A stretch of DNA of 32,954 nucleotides from Octopus bimaculoides (lineage: Eukaryota): assembly GCF_001194135.2 (NCBI RefSeq), contig NC_068992.1:62553396-62586349 (forward strand), given 5' to 3'. Below, piece after piece: positions 11,551 through 24,934 of this stretch. The translations under genes and the position numbers were made by a program. The notes beneath the pieces were generated by a model. It worked only from the letters and a program-made list of their open reading frames with translations, was not told the DNA's origin and did no database searches. Position 1 is the first letter of the stretch. Every line of letters begins with the position of its first letter.

Positions 11551-12354
11551 GACACACACTCACACACATGCACAGAAAAATAGGTTTGTTATTTCTGTAG
11601 TGGTGATGTCCTCTTCCATTAAATCGATAGCTTCGTTTCTTAATTACTCCTTTCTCAACACTTATGAAGATTTCCAAATCAAAAGATGAAATGGTACGTT
11701 TCTGCATTTCTTTTTCTCAATGAAATGTTATGAAATGTATTTATTAGAATTTCATTTAGAAATAAAATGCAAGATGATGTATTTGGCTTGATAAAAATTT
11801 ATGCGATGTGTTTGGTCACGATATAATTAACTTTCGATAGGATCACCAATCGGTGCAATTATAGGCGACGATTTGGATCATATAATAACGTAATATTCTT
11901 GATTATAATTTGAAAGACACAAAAAGACGTTATACCACAAGTTTCCCTTCTCGTGATATCAGTTCCGTGGTTGCCGAATTTCCATCTTTGTTCTAGATTA
12001 CAGATTGCCTGTCCAGACATGTGAAGATGATGCTATCATTGCATTCTAATACTAGATTCGAGTATCTGTTGGAATGGGATAATGATAATTCTTCATATTA
12101 GCTAATCAGAATTTTTGCAAAACTATCGAACAATATTTGTTAAGTTTGAGCACGACAAAAATGCTCCAGATATTGGTGAAAACAATGAGCTAATGAAGAA
12201 TTCTAGTACTCTATAGAATTGAAATATCTAATGGTTTTGGTCAAGAGAAAAGAACTTAAGAAAAGGCTATTTAAAGGTTCTCTGTGACTGGCCATATCGA
12301 TCTGAAAAGTATTCAAATTTCGAAGAATTCCGAATAAATGTTTTTTATTTTTTC

Positions 12355-12520
12355 ACGTGTTTCTCTCATTTGATTGCGACCATGCCAGTGTGTCGCCTCA
12401 AAGAGTTTGGTCGACCAAATTGACCTGAAAACTCTTGTAAGTCTGTTATGCATTCTACTTCTCCCTGTCTATTTTTGACTGGACTATCATGTTACGGTAC
12501 GTAAACAAACCAACACCTTA
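12355..12520 (-). mobile_element. SINE-like fragment (family D)
   Basis: Collinear motifs shared with 10505-10660. Confidence 0.45.
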
Positions 12521-12589
12521 GACACGCACATACACACACACACACAAACATTATGTGTAGTTTAAAAGAAAAGTAAAATTTCTTCCAGA

Positions 12590-12820
12590 GTCATATAGAC
12601 TTACGGGACAGGTTTCCTGGTTTCGATGGCGTATATATTTCCCACTACACAGGGTGCACTTCCGTCGCAGGATTACTCAATTTTGCTAGATGAGAGGCTT
12701 GGAGCAACGCGAAATGAACTGTTCTCCTCAGGAACACAACACGTCGGCCGGTCGAGAAATCGAAACCACAATCTTACGATCATGATTCCAGCACTTTAAC
12801 CACTAAGCCACGCGCCTCCA
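12590..12820 (-). mobile_element. tRNA-derived SINE (family B), near full-length head
   Basis: Minus strand TGGAGGCGCGTGGCTTAGTGGTTAAAGTGC (A box TGGCTTAGTGG)...GTGGTTTCGATTTCTCGACCGG (B-box-like), followed by a GTGTTGTGTTCCTGAG core; homologous to 3255-3415. Confidence 0.8.
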
Positions 12821-12974
12821 CCATATATATGCGTAATGGGCTCTCTTCATTTCACCGTTGTTATATCTTTTTTAATAGTATAACATTTAACGGTAAGACA
12901 GACGCAGAAACATTGTGATGAAAAGATGAATTCTTTGTAGAATCTGTCTTAGCCTCATTAATTTCTGTGTTTGA

Positions 12975-13766
12975 NNNNNNNNNNNNNNNNNNNNNNNNNN
13001 NNNNNNNNNNNNNNNNNNNNNNNNNNNNNNNNNNNNNNNNNNNNNNNNNNNNNNNNNNNNNNNNNNNNNNNNNNNNNNNNNNNNNNNNNNNNNNNNNNNN
13101 NNNNNNNNNNNNNNNNNNNNNNNNNNNNNNNNNNNNNNNNNNNNNNNNNNNNNNNNNNNNNNNNNNNNNNNNNNNNNNNNNNNNNNNNNNNNNNNNNNNN
13201 NNNNNNNNNNNNNNNNNNNNNNNNNNNNNNNNNNNNNNNNNNNNNNNNNNNNNNNNNNNNNNNNNNNNNNNNNNNNNNNNNNNNNNNNNNNNNNNNNNNN
13301 NNNNNNNNNNNNNNNNNNNNNNNNNNNNNNNNNNNNNNNNNNNNNNNNNNNNNNNNNNNNNNNNNNNNNNNNNNNNNNNNNNNNNNNNNNNNNNNNNNNN
13401 NNNNNNNNNNNNNNNNNNNNNNNNNNNNNNNNNNNNNNNNNNNNNNNNNNNNNNNNNNNNNNNNNNNNNNNNNNNNNNNNNNNNNNNNNNNNNNNNNNNN
13501 NNNNNNNNNNNNNNNNNNNNNNNNNNNNNNNNNNNNNNNNNNNNNNNNNNNNNNNNNNNNNNNNNNNNNNNNNNNNNNNNNNNNNNNNNNNNNNNNNNNN
13601 NNNNNNNNNNNNNNNNNNNNNNNNNNNNNNNNNNNNNNNNNNNNNNNNNNNNNNNNNNNNNNNNNNNNNNNNNNNNNNNNNNNNNNNNNNNNNNNNNNNN
13701 NNNNNNNNNNNNNNNNNNNNNNNNNNNNNNNNNNNNNNNNNNNNNNNNNNNNNNNNNNNNNNNNNN
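12975..13766. other. Assembly gap (792 N)
   Basis: N run; (AT)n on the right side. Confidence 1.
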
Positions 13767-13800
<34 letters not shown>

Positions 13801-13802
<2 letters not shown>

Positions 13803-14138
13803 GTGATGAAAAATCAAAATAACCAGCAAGGATATTCAAGGTTACTGCAGTACGATCGTTTCATGTGACTCCAGCCTGTTTGCTTTGGCTAAGTCAAAAT
13901 GTGTTTTCTATATTCTACCTTCCCACTTGGATTGTTTAAATGTAGTTACAACAGTAATATTTCCTTCTACTGAAATGAAATGTCAATACATTTTCTGTAT
14001 CTTTGTGCAGCTGAAGATTGCTCTGCATTTTACATTTAATGTAATGCTCACATTGCTTAAATAAATGGAGTCGCATGAAACGATCGTACCTCAGTAGCCT
14101 TGAATATCCTGGTTGCTTATTTTGATTTTTGATCACCT
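13801..14138. mobile_element. MITE / non-autonomous DNA transposon, 338 bp, with 73-bp terminal inverted repeats
   Basis: 13801-13873 is the ungapped reverse complement of 14066-14138 with 8 mismatches in 73 (hand count). The 192-bp interior is non-coding, and the left end abuts a (TA)n run. Confidence 0.8.
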
Positions 14139-14219
14139 AACTTTTTGGAATTGTTTGGATAATACCATACTAAATTCTGGTGTCTAAACTTAAGTACCAT
14201 ATTCACTTTGAATCTAAAT

Positions 14220-14405
<186 letters not shown>

Positions 14406-15289
14406 CCTATAAAACCTGGACTTTCCGAAACTAGAAACTGTTTTAAAGAGGCAGTAAATTCGATAAATACATAAATACCACGTTATCAATCATACTCGCT
14501 ATAAGTACATATTGTATAATAACATATCATTTATTATTAAGAACAAATTAGGTGGAATATATACTATAAAATTATCTTCTCTTGCGTCATATAAATAATA
14601 CAAATGCAGGAGGAATTTACTAAAACATGGCATTTTGTGTTGGTTTTCTTTTTATAATTTTGGCTGCATTTTTATATTTTCTAAAACTAATATATCTTGG
14701 TGGTGGTGATATTTCTTTCTTGTCTTTCATTCTTTTTTGATTGTTTCTTTCTTGTCTTCATCTTCCATGTGGCTTCTCTTTACTTACAATTTCTTAATTG
14801 CATCTTAATAACTCTACATGCTTTTCTTGTGTATAACACACATCTATATTAATATGAATTATCGAATTCGTTTTCTGGTCTGTCGATTGCTGGTGTGTGG
14901 TGTTCAACAATTTATATGTTACTATATAATTTGTTCGGTTGTTTCTTCAAAGAATACTGCTAATATCTTCTTTAAATGAAAACATATTTTTTCTTAAACA
15001 CCGATTGATATTCCATTCATCTATTATCATAAATATTATTTATATTGCTATGATTATTATTAATGACATCATTATCATAAACATTATTATTACAAGCGTT
15101 GTATAATGATTAATTGTTGATAAAATTATTCACGGTTTATTTATAAAATATTATTATAATCTTTTGAATCGTTTGAAATCATAATTCTCGTTTAGGTAAC
15201 GAGAAGGTAATTAAATAACGTTAAATAATGAGATTTAAACAACTCCATTTTATCTTGCATTGCTTTCATCTTATTAACAGGTATTCAAT

Positions 15290-15329
15290 ACTATTATTAT
15301 TATTTTCAATTTCATTATTATTATTATTA

Positions 15330-15361
<32 letters not shown>

Positions 15362-15418
15362 TTCAATTTCATTATTATTATTATTATTTTTATTATCATT
15401 ATTATTATTATTATTATT
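15290..15418. repeat. (ATT)n array with a duplicated 57-bp higher-order unit
   Basis: TTTTCAATTTCATTATT at 15303 and 15360. Confidence 0.9.
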
Positions 15419-15628
15419 AAGACGGCCTACCTTCAGAATCGTTGTCACGCTGGACGAAATGCTTAGCGGCATTACGCCCGCCGCTACGTTCTAAGTTCAA
15501 ATCCGTCGAGGTCGACTTTGCCTTTCATCCTTTCGGGGTCGATAAATTAAGTACCAGTGAAACACTGGGGTCGATATAATCGACTAATCCCTTCTCCATA
15601 AATTTCAGGCCTTGTACCTTTAGTAGAA

Positions 15629-15629
<1 letters not shown>
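15419..15629 (+). mobile_element. tRNA-derived SINE (family A) flanked by (ATT)n on both sides
   Basis: CAGAATCGTT...GAAATGCTTAGCGG...AAGTTCAAATCCG...GGTCGACTTTGCCTTTCATCCTTTCGGGGTCGATAAATTAAGTACCAG; ATT tail 15630-15660. Confidence 0.87.
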
Positions 15630-15661
<32 letters not shown>

Positions 15662-15904
15662 GTTTTTATTTTTCGTGAGATGCGATAGTCCAATAAGGAA
15701 GATGGTATATATGGGCATTTCGCTGTGGAGTAAAATGTTCATACCTATTCAGTTGGATTGTCTTCTTTCCCTGAGCAATATTCACATTTCAATTTGTCCA
15801 CGATTATTGTTCACTATTGTTTGTTTCTTTTAATAATATAACTTTTAACTGTGAGACAGACCCAGAAATGCTGTAGCCCCAAGATGAATCCTTCGTAGAA
15901 TTTA

Positions 15905-16018
15905 TCTTAGCGTGTTTGATTTCTGTGTTTGAATCTCACTTAGGTCTACTTTACCTTTCATCCTGAAACGGGTCGATAAATAAAGTACCAGTTACACACT
16001 GGGGACATTCAGTCGATA
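15905..16018 (+). mobile_element. Older degenerate family A SINE core
   Basis: GGTCTACTTTACCTTTCATCC...GGGTCGATAAATAAAGTACCAGTT...CACTGGGG matches the core of the 15419 copy. Confidence 0.55.
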
Positions 16019-16310
16019 ATTTAATAGAAAATGTATGGCTTTTTGGCAGTGATTGAAATGTATATTTGTAATTGATGGCAGCAGCAAAAAAGAAACAAAA
16101 CATAATCGAAAGCCATTATCTTCGATGTTCTCTTCTATTATTGTTGTTGTTATAGTAAATGTTATTTTGTTAATGTTATTGTTGTTGTTGTCTTCGTTGT
16201 TGCTGTTGTTGTTGGTATATATTTTGTGAATGCTTATGTTTATATTGTCTCAATCAATGTGGCTGCCTTATGTGTATGTTATATGTATGCACATACTACA
16301 CACACATATA

Positions 16311-16319
<9 letters not shown>

Positions 16320-16345
<26 letters not shown>

Positions 16346-16772
16346 NNNNNNNNNNNNNNNNNNNNNNNNNNNNNNNNNNNNNNNNNNNNNNNNNNNNNNN
16401 NNNNNNNNNNNNNNNNNNNNNNNNNNNNNNNNNNNNNNNNNNNNNNNNNNNNNNNNNNNNNNNNNNNNNNNNNNNNNNNNNNNNNNNNNNNNNNNNNNNN
16501 NNNNNNNNNNNNNNNNNNNNNNNNNNNNNNNNNNNNNNNNNNNNNNNNNNNNNNNNNNNNNNNNNNNNNNNNNNNNNNNNNNNNNNNNNNNNNNNNNNNN
16601 NNNNNNNNNNNNNNNNNNNNNNNNNNNNNNNNNNNNNNNNNNNNNNNNNNNNNNNNNNNNNNNNNNNNNNNNNNNNNNNNNNNNNNNNNNNNNNNNNNNN
16701 NNNNNNNNNNNNNNNNNNNNNNNNNNNNNNNNNTGGTGGTGGTGGTGGTGGTGGTGGTGGTGGTGGTGGTGG
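16320..16772. repeat. (AT)n and (GGT)n arrays flanking assembly gap 16346-16733
   Basis: Simple repeats on both sides of a 388-N gap. Confidence 0.95.
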
Positions 16773-18035
16773 GTTTTAGTCGTGGTGTTGCTGTTAATGG
16801 TGGTGCTGATGTTACGCAGTGGTATCCCTGCTTTAATAAAACTTTCCCATTAATGCCAGTTTGATATCATTTTCCTTCCTTCCTTCTTTCTTTCGCCCTT
16901 TCTTTCTCTTTCTGTCTTTATATATATTTATATTTTTTTTCATTTCTTTTCTAAAACCATTTTTTTCTTCCTTCTTTTAAAAATTGCCTTTTATAATCAT
17001 ATCACTGGTTGATTTATGTTTTCTTTCTTCCTCTTTCTCACCTCTCACCATTCTATTTTTCGTCTTAACTTTGAGCTGTCTCTCTAAAACTCGCCCATCC
17101 CCTAACCAGGGTCTCCATTAATGGTTTAAAAGCTACTCTTCCTCGTAACTCCCAGCTTAATAATAACCCCACTTCCCTAATAAAACGGTTTGGTTGTGTA
17201 AAACATATTTTCTATCCCTCGCACTTTCATACACAGACATACATGCATACATGGCTTACAGGCCCACATTCATAAACATCGTTTAATGACATCGATTTTC
17301 ATTGTTTATCTCCTCACACATTGCCATTTAGTTCACCGTTCACGATCGTTATTCACTTTGTTGATCAACATGCAGAATACTTCAGCATGTATTGTCTATA
17401 TACACGCCTTCTTCACATTGTTTAAACACCTTCTTCGCTTTATTCATTTCACCTCACATTGTCGTCACTTCGTTACCAATGTCTTTATTGCCACAGCATT
17501 TTCAACGTTCATAAGACATCCGTTAATTCTCTATTAACACCACATCTAAACTGTAATTCTTCACGTTGAACACTTGATTAAACCGGTAGAGCACAATGAA
17601 ACAGATATAAAACAAGATATCAAATACGTTATTTAGTAATCATAAGAGTTCGGAGTGAAATATATAAATTAATGAAAGTTTTAGACGAAAATAAATAAAT
17701 GAAATTATTTTCTTTTGTGCATAAGTATTTGTGTATGAAATATTTGATTAAGTGGAATTTGTGTTCAAGAATTAACATATACCTGTAGACACACAAATAT
17801 ATAATGAATGACCATACATACAATATCAAAGTAATACAATGATTCACATGTGTTACATCAGCCTAATCATTAGTCTAGAAAATTACCAATTCAAAATAAC
17901 TCAAAGATTTATATTATTGCAGTGCATAGTGAATTTATAGTTAATTTTCACATAAAATGCAGTTTTATTTCGGCCATTAACAAACCCCCTCAGAAGAAGC
18001 ATAATGTACTTGTAAAACTGCAACTTGCATTTATG

Positions 18036-18073
<38 letters not shown>

Positions 18074-18196
18074 AGAAAGAAAGAAAGAATATGTAAACAC
18101 ATATATACAGATATGCATATATGTATGTATATATACACGTTTGAGTGTATGCAGATGAATACACAAACACACACACATACACACGCACCCATATAT

Positions 18197-18199
<3 letters not shown>

Positions 18200-18255
<56 letters not shown>
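18200..18255. repeat. (CA)n microsatellite
   Basis: Perfect run; further (CA)n runs at ~18652-18698, ~28007-28050 and ~32341-32397. Confidence 0.97.
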
Positions 18256-18258
<3 letters not shown>

Positions 18259-18649
18259 TATACATAAAACTGGTTATCTGTGATATGAAAATCATCCATC
18301 ATAAAATACAATTTTACTGTAATAGATGTACATATAGATAGGCAGAGAGTTTATTAGAAAGAAAGATGTAGGGAAAAAAAGATGATATTGAAGTGGAAGA
18401 ATAGGCTAATATTACAATATTTTATAATGTCAAAAGTGAATGGCGTATATCTCATTTTATTTTAATCCACTTCGCTACTATAATTCCTACCCCACGTTAA
18501 ATACACAGCCTGTATAGTCAATTTAGTAAAAGTATAATAAAATACAATATCATTAATTTATGTCACACATAGGCGAATATACTGAAGAACATAGCGATGC
18601 ACAAGAGTACCACACATGCATATAACTACAAGAGCTCGCACTCAAATAC

Positions 18650-18702
<53 letters not shown>

Positions 18703-21700
18703 TTGATAGTTTTGAAATTATAGTGATTCTATTATTTCTTATATTGCACTTAATCAATTGTTTTGTGGTAGTTAATGACATTTCTTTTCTTATATTCCTT
18801 TTTTTATTATTAAAATCGTATTACTTTTCCGTTCCTTTGAGGTTCTTTTCTTACCTTTTATTTGAACTCTGGACTAAGAAATATAGATTTTAACCTTCGG
18901 ATATTCAATACACTTTGTTTTTAATGCTTTTGTGAATATAACTCACTCATTTACTCTATAATAGTATCGTAAGTCAACACATTAAATAAATAATAATATT
19001 ATTCCTTTGAAAGTTGTCGAATTTCGATCACAAATCAATGACTTCAGATAATTGTGCTATTCATATAAATAATTCATATAAATATTGACTCCTCCCCAGT
19101 TAATCTTTATTGCATTGTCGTCTTTGTGTTTTTGTGTTTGTATTACTTCCCTTTTATGCACTCTTTTGCGTACATACAATACACTATACGCCATAAAACA
19201 AACACGTAGCACACACACACACGCACTCAGAAATGTTTGTATATCCGTAACGTTTATCTGTTACTGTTATTATTTTCTGTTATATGACATTTAACGTGTA
19301 TTTCTTTAGGAATATAAAATAATGGACAGAAAACGAGTATTACCAGAATATTCTAAGCAGTTTAGGGAAAGGGGGAGGAAAATTCAGACTACGTCTATTC
19401 TAAACAAACGGTCAACGCACAAGAAACCTTCTCCAGAAGACTGTCACTCATCACCCTTCAAATGATATAAAACTAATCAGTGTGAAATCTACTTAAAATA
19501 TTCAAATTATGTTATTATGCATTTCAGTTTCTTACGGTATTTAATGTATCCAATATCAAACGCAAAAGGTGTAGTATATGTCAAGAAGTATTCGTAATAT
19601 GAATATGCATATGAGGTTCTGCTGGTATACTTGCTATTTTTAATTTTACATTTCACTTACGGTGAACAAAGTCTACTAGTGTAAAATATATATATTTGTT
19701 TAATTGGTTACTTGTTTTGTTTTTGCATTAAGTTTTAGCAAAAGATTTTTAAAATCCAACATATACAAGATGACTAGAAAGCAGAAACTGTGGAAGGAGT
19801 GTATAGATGCATAGAGAGACAGAGACATATATAGCAGGTTTATGTTTACAAATAAATGGAAGTGCAGAAGTAGATATCGAATCCGGAAAAGTAAAGTGGG
19901 ACATAATTTATTAGAATGTGAAGAACCATAAATGGTTACTTCGAGATTCACATTGTCAGTATTTCGACGAATATACACATGCATATGCAAATATGTATGC
20001 ATAGAGATGTGAGGATAGACAAGGAGAACTAGCGCGTTTAAGGAAGAATACAAAGTAGAATGCACATGGAATGTAATGCTTGCTTACGTACATTTATGTT
20101 TTTATGTTTAAACTGGTCGGAGTATATTTTGCGTAGATTTAGATGGTATGTCCATATATAGGCATCAGTATCTATACCGATGTATCAAAGCCAAGCATAG
20201 AAACGTAAACGAACCTAAATTCACACAAAATTCTTGGCAACTTTTATGTATAGTAAACAATAATTCGCGTGCGAATGTAAAATTTGATACAAAAGAAATC
20301 ACGCGCTAACTAAAGGGGTCGACTAATATTCTTTTTTTTTTGTTAAAGGTTTACTTTCGTACATTATGATTTTCTCTATAAGTAGCAATTAACAATATAT
20401 CAATAAAGGAAATATTTGCCAATAATTGTTAAGAATAGAGGTGTCAGTGATTGGCTTCACTTATTGGGGGAATTTTTGTTTTGTGTGTGTGATGTAAATT
20501 TATTTGTTTCTTGCTTGTTTCTATAACTAAGAATTCAATCTGAATAAACTTCTAGTTGAGTGATTTCAGAATTTTAGACTACAAATTTCAGGTAAACTTC
20601 CTACTTGATATATTTATATATTTCATACAGTATATTATTATATGGGATAATATGTTTTTGTTTAATGTGTATTAAAGTTATCATCAAGTAGTAAAAAAAT
20701 ATATACATATTTTAGTTATAGTAAAGGAACAAGAATGGACAGCTCAAATTTTGGAAAACGGGATTCCATAGCGTAGAATTATACATGTTGCATAATATTG
20801 CGTAACTTTACATTATTACTTAACCATGTTATTTCATCAGACGATATTGAGCCTTTTACTAGCAAAATCAAGCTGTTGTGTTTATATTATATTTTAATTA
20901 TATAAGTGTCATCCTGGGTATAGAGTTGTACAATACTACTTTTATTTGTTTTGTTGTAAATTGTTTGTGATTATACACAACGAAATTACATCTGTAATTC
21001 TATAAACCATAAGTCTAAAACAAATCAAGATTCTTAAAATATAATTTTAATACTCATTCCACTTTATATAGTAATAAACTTCATTTCTTGACCACTTATT
21101 TTTTTGGCGGATAATCAACGTTAATTTCAAAATCTAAACGTTATATATCTAAAAACAAATATATTAATATCAGAATATGTCATGGACTTCTGGTCATGCT
21201 TCAAGAAAAATTTATTTTCAAAAAACTCTGAGCTGAAATAATTCCTGATTAAAATTTATGAAAATTTGGAATCTTTCACTTTTCTAATTCACATAAATCA
21301 CTCAAATTCCAATTGTTTTGTTCTTAATTTATCAATTTCCTTAATTGAATTTATGACATAAATTCTGTAATTTTACCAGCCATGTATTTAATTTACGATA
21401 TTTATGAATGGCCGAAATTCAGAATTATATATTAGATATGAAACTAAGAATGATTTTCGTAATTCTCAGGAAATTTCTAAGTAGCGAGAGACTTTATTTC
21501 ATGAATTTAACTTCGTTTTGAAACTCCTAACTTATCGTTAGCATAAAAGCAATTATGAACACTTTATGTAATGCGAATACATATTCTGGAAGACAATTCT
21601 TTTTGCATAGTCTAAATTCAATGTACTTTCAGTATTTTTGTAGTTTCTATTGAAGTTACGAAAAATATTATATTCTTCAAAGAATCATTAAGATTCAAAT

Positions 21701-23075
21701 ATGTTTATCCAATCATCTTTACATAAAAAAATAAAGAGTTGAAAAATATATACCTCCGTATGTTTACTTTAGCACAGGAGAATCCCCGAAGATAATCGAT
21801 CTCAGGGAGGGGTTATTTGGAATGGATGGTTTTTATCAACAAAGCATTGAGAGAAATAGTTTTTGAAGGGACCCTAACAAACTGCCTCTGTGTTTTAAAC
21901 CTTGAAATCACATTAAAATGAATTATAATTTTCAATATCATTAACATTTAATTTCAGTGGTAATGTGTTAAAATGTAAGTGTCCGATTCTACTTTGCATC
22001 ATTTGGTTCATAAGGCAGTCGTTAATGCTAAAACAATATGACTGTCAAACAAACTGTGCATGTTTGTTTCCCTTTTATAAAAATCTTTAGTGTTAGGAGC
22101 TTACTGAATTAGATCTTAATTTCGTATATACCTCAGAATCCATGAATATATTTACGTCATAATGTATGATGAAAAGCTGTTATTTAAAAAAATCCCTAGT
22201 GACAAAAGCAGTGTAATTAAAATGGCTTGAAATATAAATCTTAAATACTGAGTAGTTGATGGTTATGTAATACTGGATAATACTTTCAAAATAAATTACG
22301 TAAGATTTGCTTAAATCTTATTTTCTTAAAATATATTGAAAACCACCACTGTTTTTATAATTTATTGCGAGATATTTTTGAAGAATATGAGGGGCGATTA
22401 CATTTGGTATGAGAACAAATCTTGAATAATAACTCATGGAGAAAATAATTAATGCGAAATGGCAATAACATTGAATTTACAGATCGTAATTTCCTGATTA
22501 CCATATATGACAGCAGTTACGAAGAATTCGTACGATCTGAATGGCGCTTGAATTAGAAGTATTCAAGGAGCACGTTTTCTTACAAATGTTATGAATACGG
22601 GCTTGAAACTGGACAGCAATGCAGTTATTGTAGAATAACATATGCTTTGGGAGCCATGTTTGCATATATAATTCACATGTTTCTGTGTGCAACATGAATA
22701 AAATTTAGATTAAATGTGTTTGCAGAAAATGAAATATTATGTATGTTTATACAAGTCAGTTGAATAAACTCATCTGTTGAACAAATAATGACAATGTTGC
22801 AATGCATGTGTTATAGAAAAACCGCTTTATACATATGTTCACCAATTAATGTTAGTTTTTGGGTACATGTATAGGTGAACAGGTAAATGTTTATGGGGTG
22901 CATGAGGGAAATGCAGTTAAAGTAAGATACATAATGAATTTACGCAAAATACAGAATTTTTATTCTTTTTAAGATGTCTTGTGGCTGAAAAGTTCAGTAG
23001 AAAACGACTGATTCGCTTTTGCTTAATATGTTCGTTATTTCTGTTAGAAAGGTTAACAGTCACCTTGATTACAGT

Positions 23076-23121
23076 CTTATATAGCCAAAATGGCGGACTG
23101 AGTAATCCTCTGTAATTGGCT
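23076..23121. promoter_or_regulatory. Clustered promoter-like motifs: TATA-like, YY1-like and CCAAT
   Basis: CTTATATA (TATATAAG on minus) at 23076-23083, CCAAAATGGCGG at 23085-23096 and ATTGG (CCAAT on minus) at 23115-23119, at the edge of a repeat-poor island. Motif matches only. Confidence 0.3.
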
Positions 23122-23601
23122 GGAATAAAACTGGTGAAAGCACTAAAACGTTGCTTGTGCATGCGAGATCCGCTATAGACCTAAAAACGGTTAATTAAAA
23201 AGAAACAAAAGAAGTTTGAGAAATAAACCCATCTTAACAGAAGTATTTATATTTATTTGTATGTCTGCTTTTCTGTAAGTCGGTGTGAGTGGTTTTCTGT
23301 ATTTCATTGCAATGTTTGCTTGTATTTACTTTTTTTCTTGATGGTAAATCCACATTAAGCAAAAGATAATAAACTTATGAATCTCGTTCTATGACTCCAA
23401 AAGTTCGGATTACTGAAACAAAAGTTTGTGTCACAGTGTAGCTTCGAGGTTTAATTATTAGTCTGATTATATTCTAAACACAATTATAATTCATTTTATT
23501 TTTAACAGTAAAAAAAATAAACGCTAAATATAAAACAAAATTCTGTTTTATTTTAATTATTTTCCGTTAACTTTTCCTTCTGACTTTGCTGCATTGGCTG
23601 A

Positions 23602-23665
<64 letters not shown>

Positions 23666-23712
23666 GTTATTGTTGTTGTTACTATTACTTTTGTTGTTGT
23701 TGTTGTTATCGT
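23602..23712. repeat. (ATT)n grading into (GTT)n
   Basis: Trinucleotide run. Confidence 0.95.
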
Positions 23713-24215
23713 CGTTATTTGCTTTAAACTAGTTAATTGTAAATGAAAATAGAAAAGCAAAAATCATTTTTATACGTGAATTACACTGTAATGTAGGCAG
23801 CAGTTACTCTTAAATCATTTTTCAATATTTACTTTAATAAGTTACATATCTCAATACAAACATATATACATACATACTTAAACACACACACACATATATT
23901 TACATATATATTAACAGCATAGGTGATGGGTTATATTCAAACATATAGATATTGTGAATCTCACAACCCTAATACTCAACAAAGTCAAATTACTCGAACC
24001 AATTTTTTTAATATTACTGTCTCATAAAGCTATACCAACCTGTAGATTATACCAACCACCGAACTGGACACCACTACATTGTACCGAAAGTGCCGTCTAC
24101 TCCATCTGGAGTAAGAACTCAGCGCGGTAAAAGCTTAGATTTCAAGAGCCAACAACACCGCCAAAATCATCCTATAGGACATTTCCATTATGTATATGTT
24201 CATCTGTGAAATATG

Positions 24216-24246
<31 letters not shown>

Positions 24247-24269
24247 GTTGTTGTTGTTTTTGTTGTTTA

Positions 24270-24781
24270 GTGAGAGAGCAGTACATGCCATCATGGTGAC
24301 ACTGGGGTACAAATATACAAAACCCATTAAACCCATCATGACTGCTCGTCTAAGTGTACACCAGGCACGTGCATACAGCTATACGTGCGCGATACGGTGA
24401 TCTCATATCCAGACAAACAGCGCATGACCTTACAGGTGCTGCCCAGTTAGAATTTTGTTCAAGTCGAGTAGCCCGTCCCGATCAAAAAGTCTCTGGATAA
24501 GGGTTATTTAAGCATGATGAACGAAATACCCATGTTTTCAGAGGTGAATTATGAAAACTCTAAAGAATTTCTCTCAACACATGGCTATGATGCTCCCCGA
24601 CTACTTCTGCTCGTGATTAGAGATGCAAATATTGTCAGCTATTAAGGAACATGTTCAACAGGTTATGGTTAAGCAACTGACAAGCGAATCTGCGGTATTG
24701 AGCAGAATATTTGCTGTAGCCTATTTTTTACACCAAGACAAAAGGTGGCCATGAGAGTCACTACTTGTCTTGCATCAGGGC

Positions 24782-24783
<2 letters not shown>
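24270..24783. mobile_element. Unclassified ~514-bp GC-richer interspersed element bounded by (ATT)n arrays
   Basis: Sharp compositional boundaries, (ATT/GTT)n on the left and (ATT)n on the right, and no long ORF. It is single-copy in this window, so repeat status is inferred from context and my recollection of octopus repeats. Confidence 0.45.
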
Positions 24784-24784
<1 letters not shown>

Positions 24785-24868
<84 letters not shown>

Positions 24869-24891
24869 CATCATCATCATCATCATCATCA

Positions 24892-24934
<43 letters not shown>

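Noticed and set aside
11940-12300. Possible decayed hAT transposase
   Set aside because: Only a few scattered residues match; not distinguishable from chance.
12590-12820. tRNA gene call for SINE heads
   Set aside because: A/B boxes are present, but there is no complete cloverleaf and they continue into shared SINE cores.
14560-15000. Purine-rich minus strand suggestive of a decayed retroelement ORF
   Set aside because: Stops in all frames and no diagnostic motif I can defend.
24046-24126. GC-richer patch with splice-like signals on both strands, and a WTPLHC (ankyrin-like) reading
   Set aside because: All frames are open, acceptors are weak and the ankyrin pattern does not continue.
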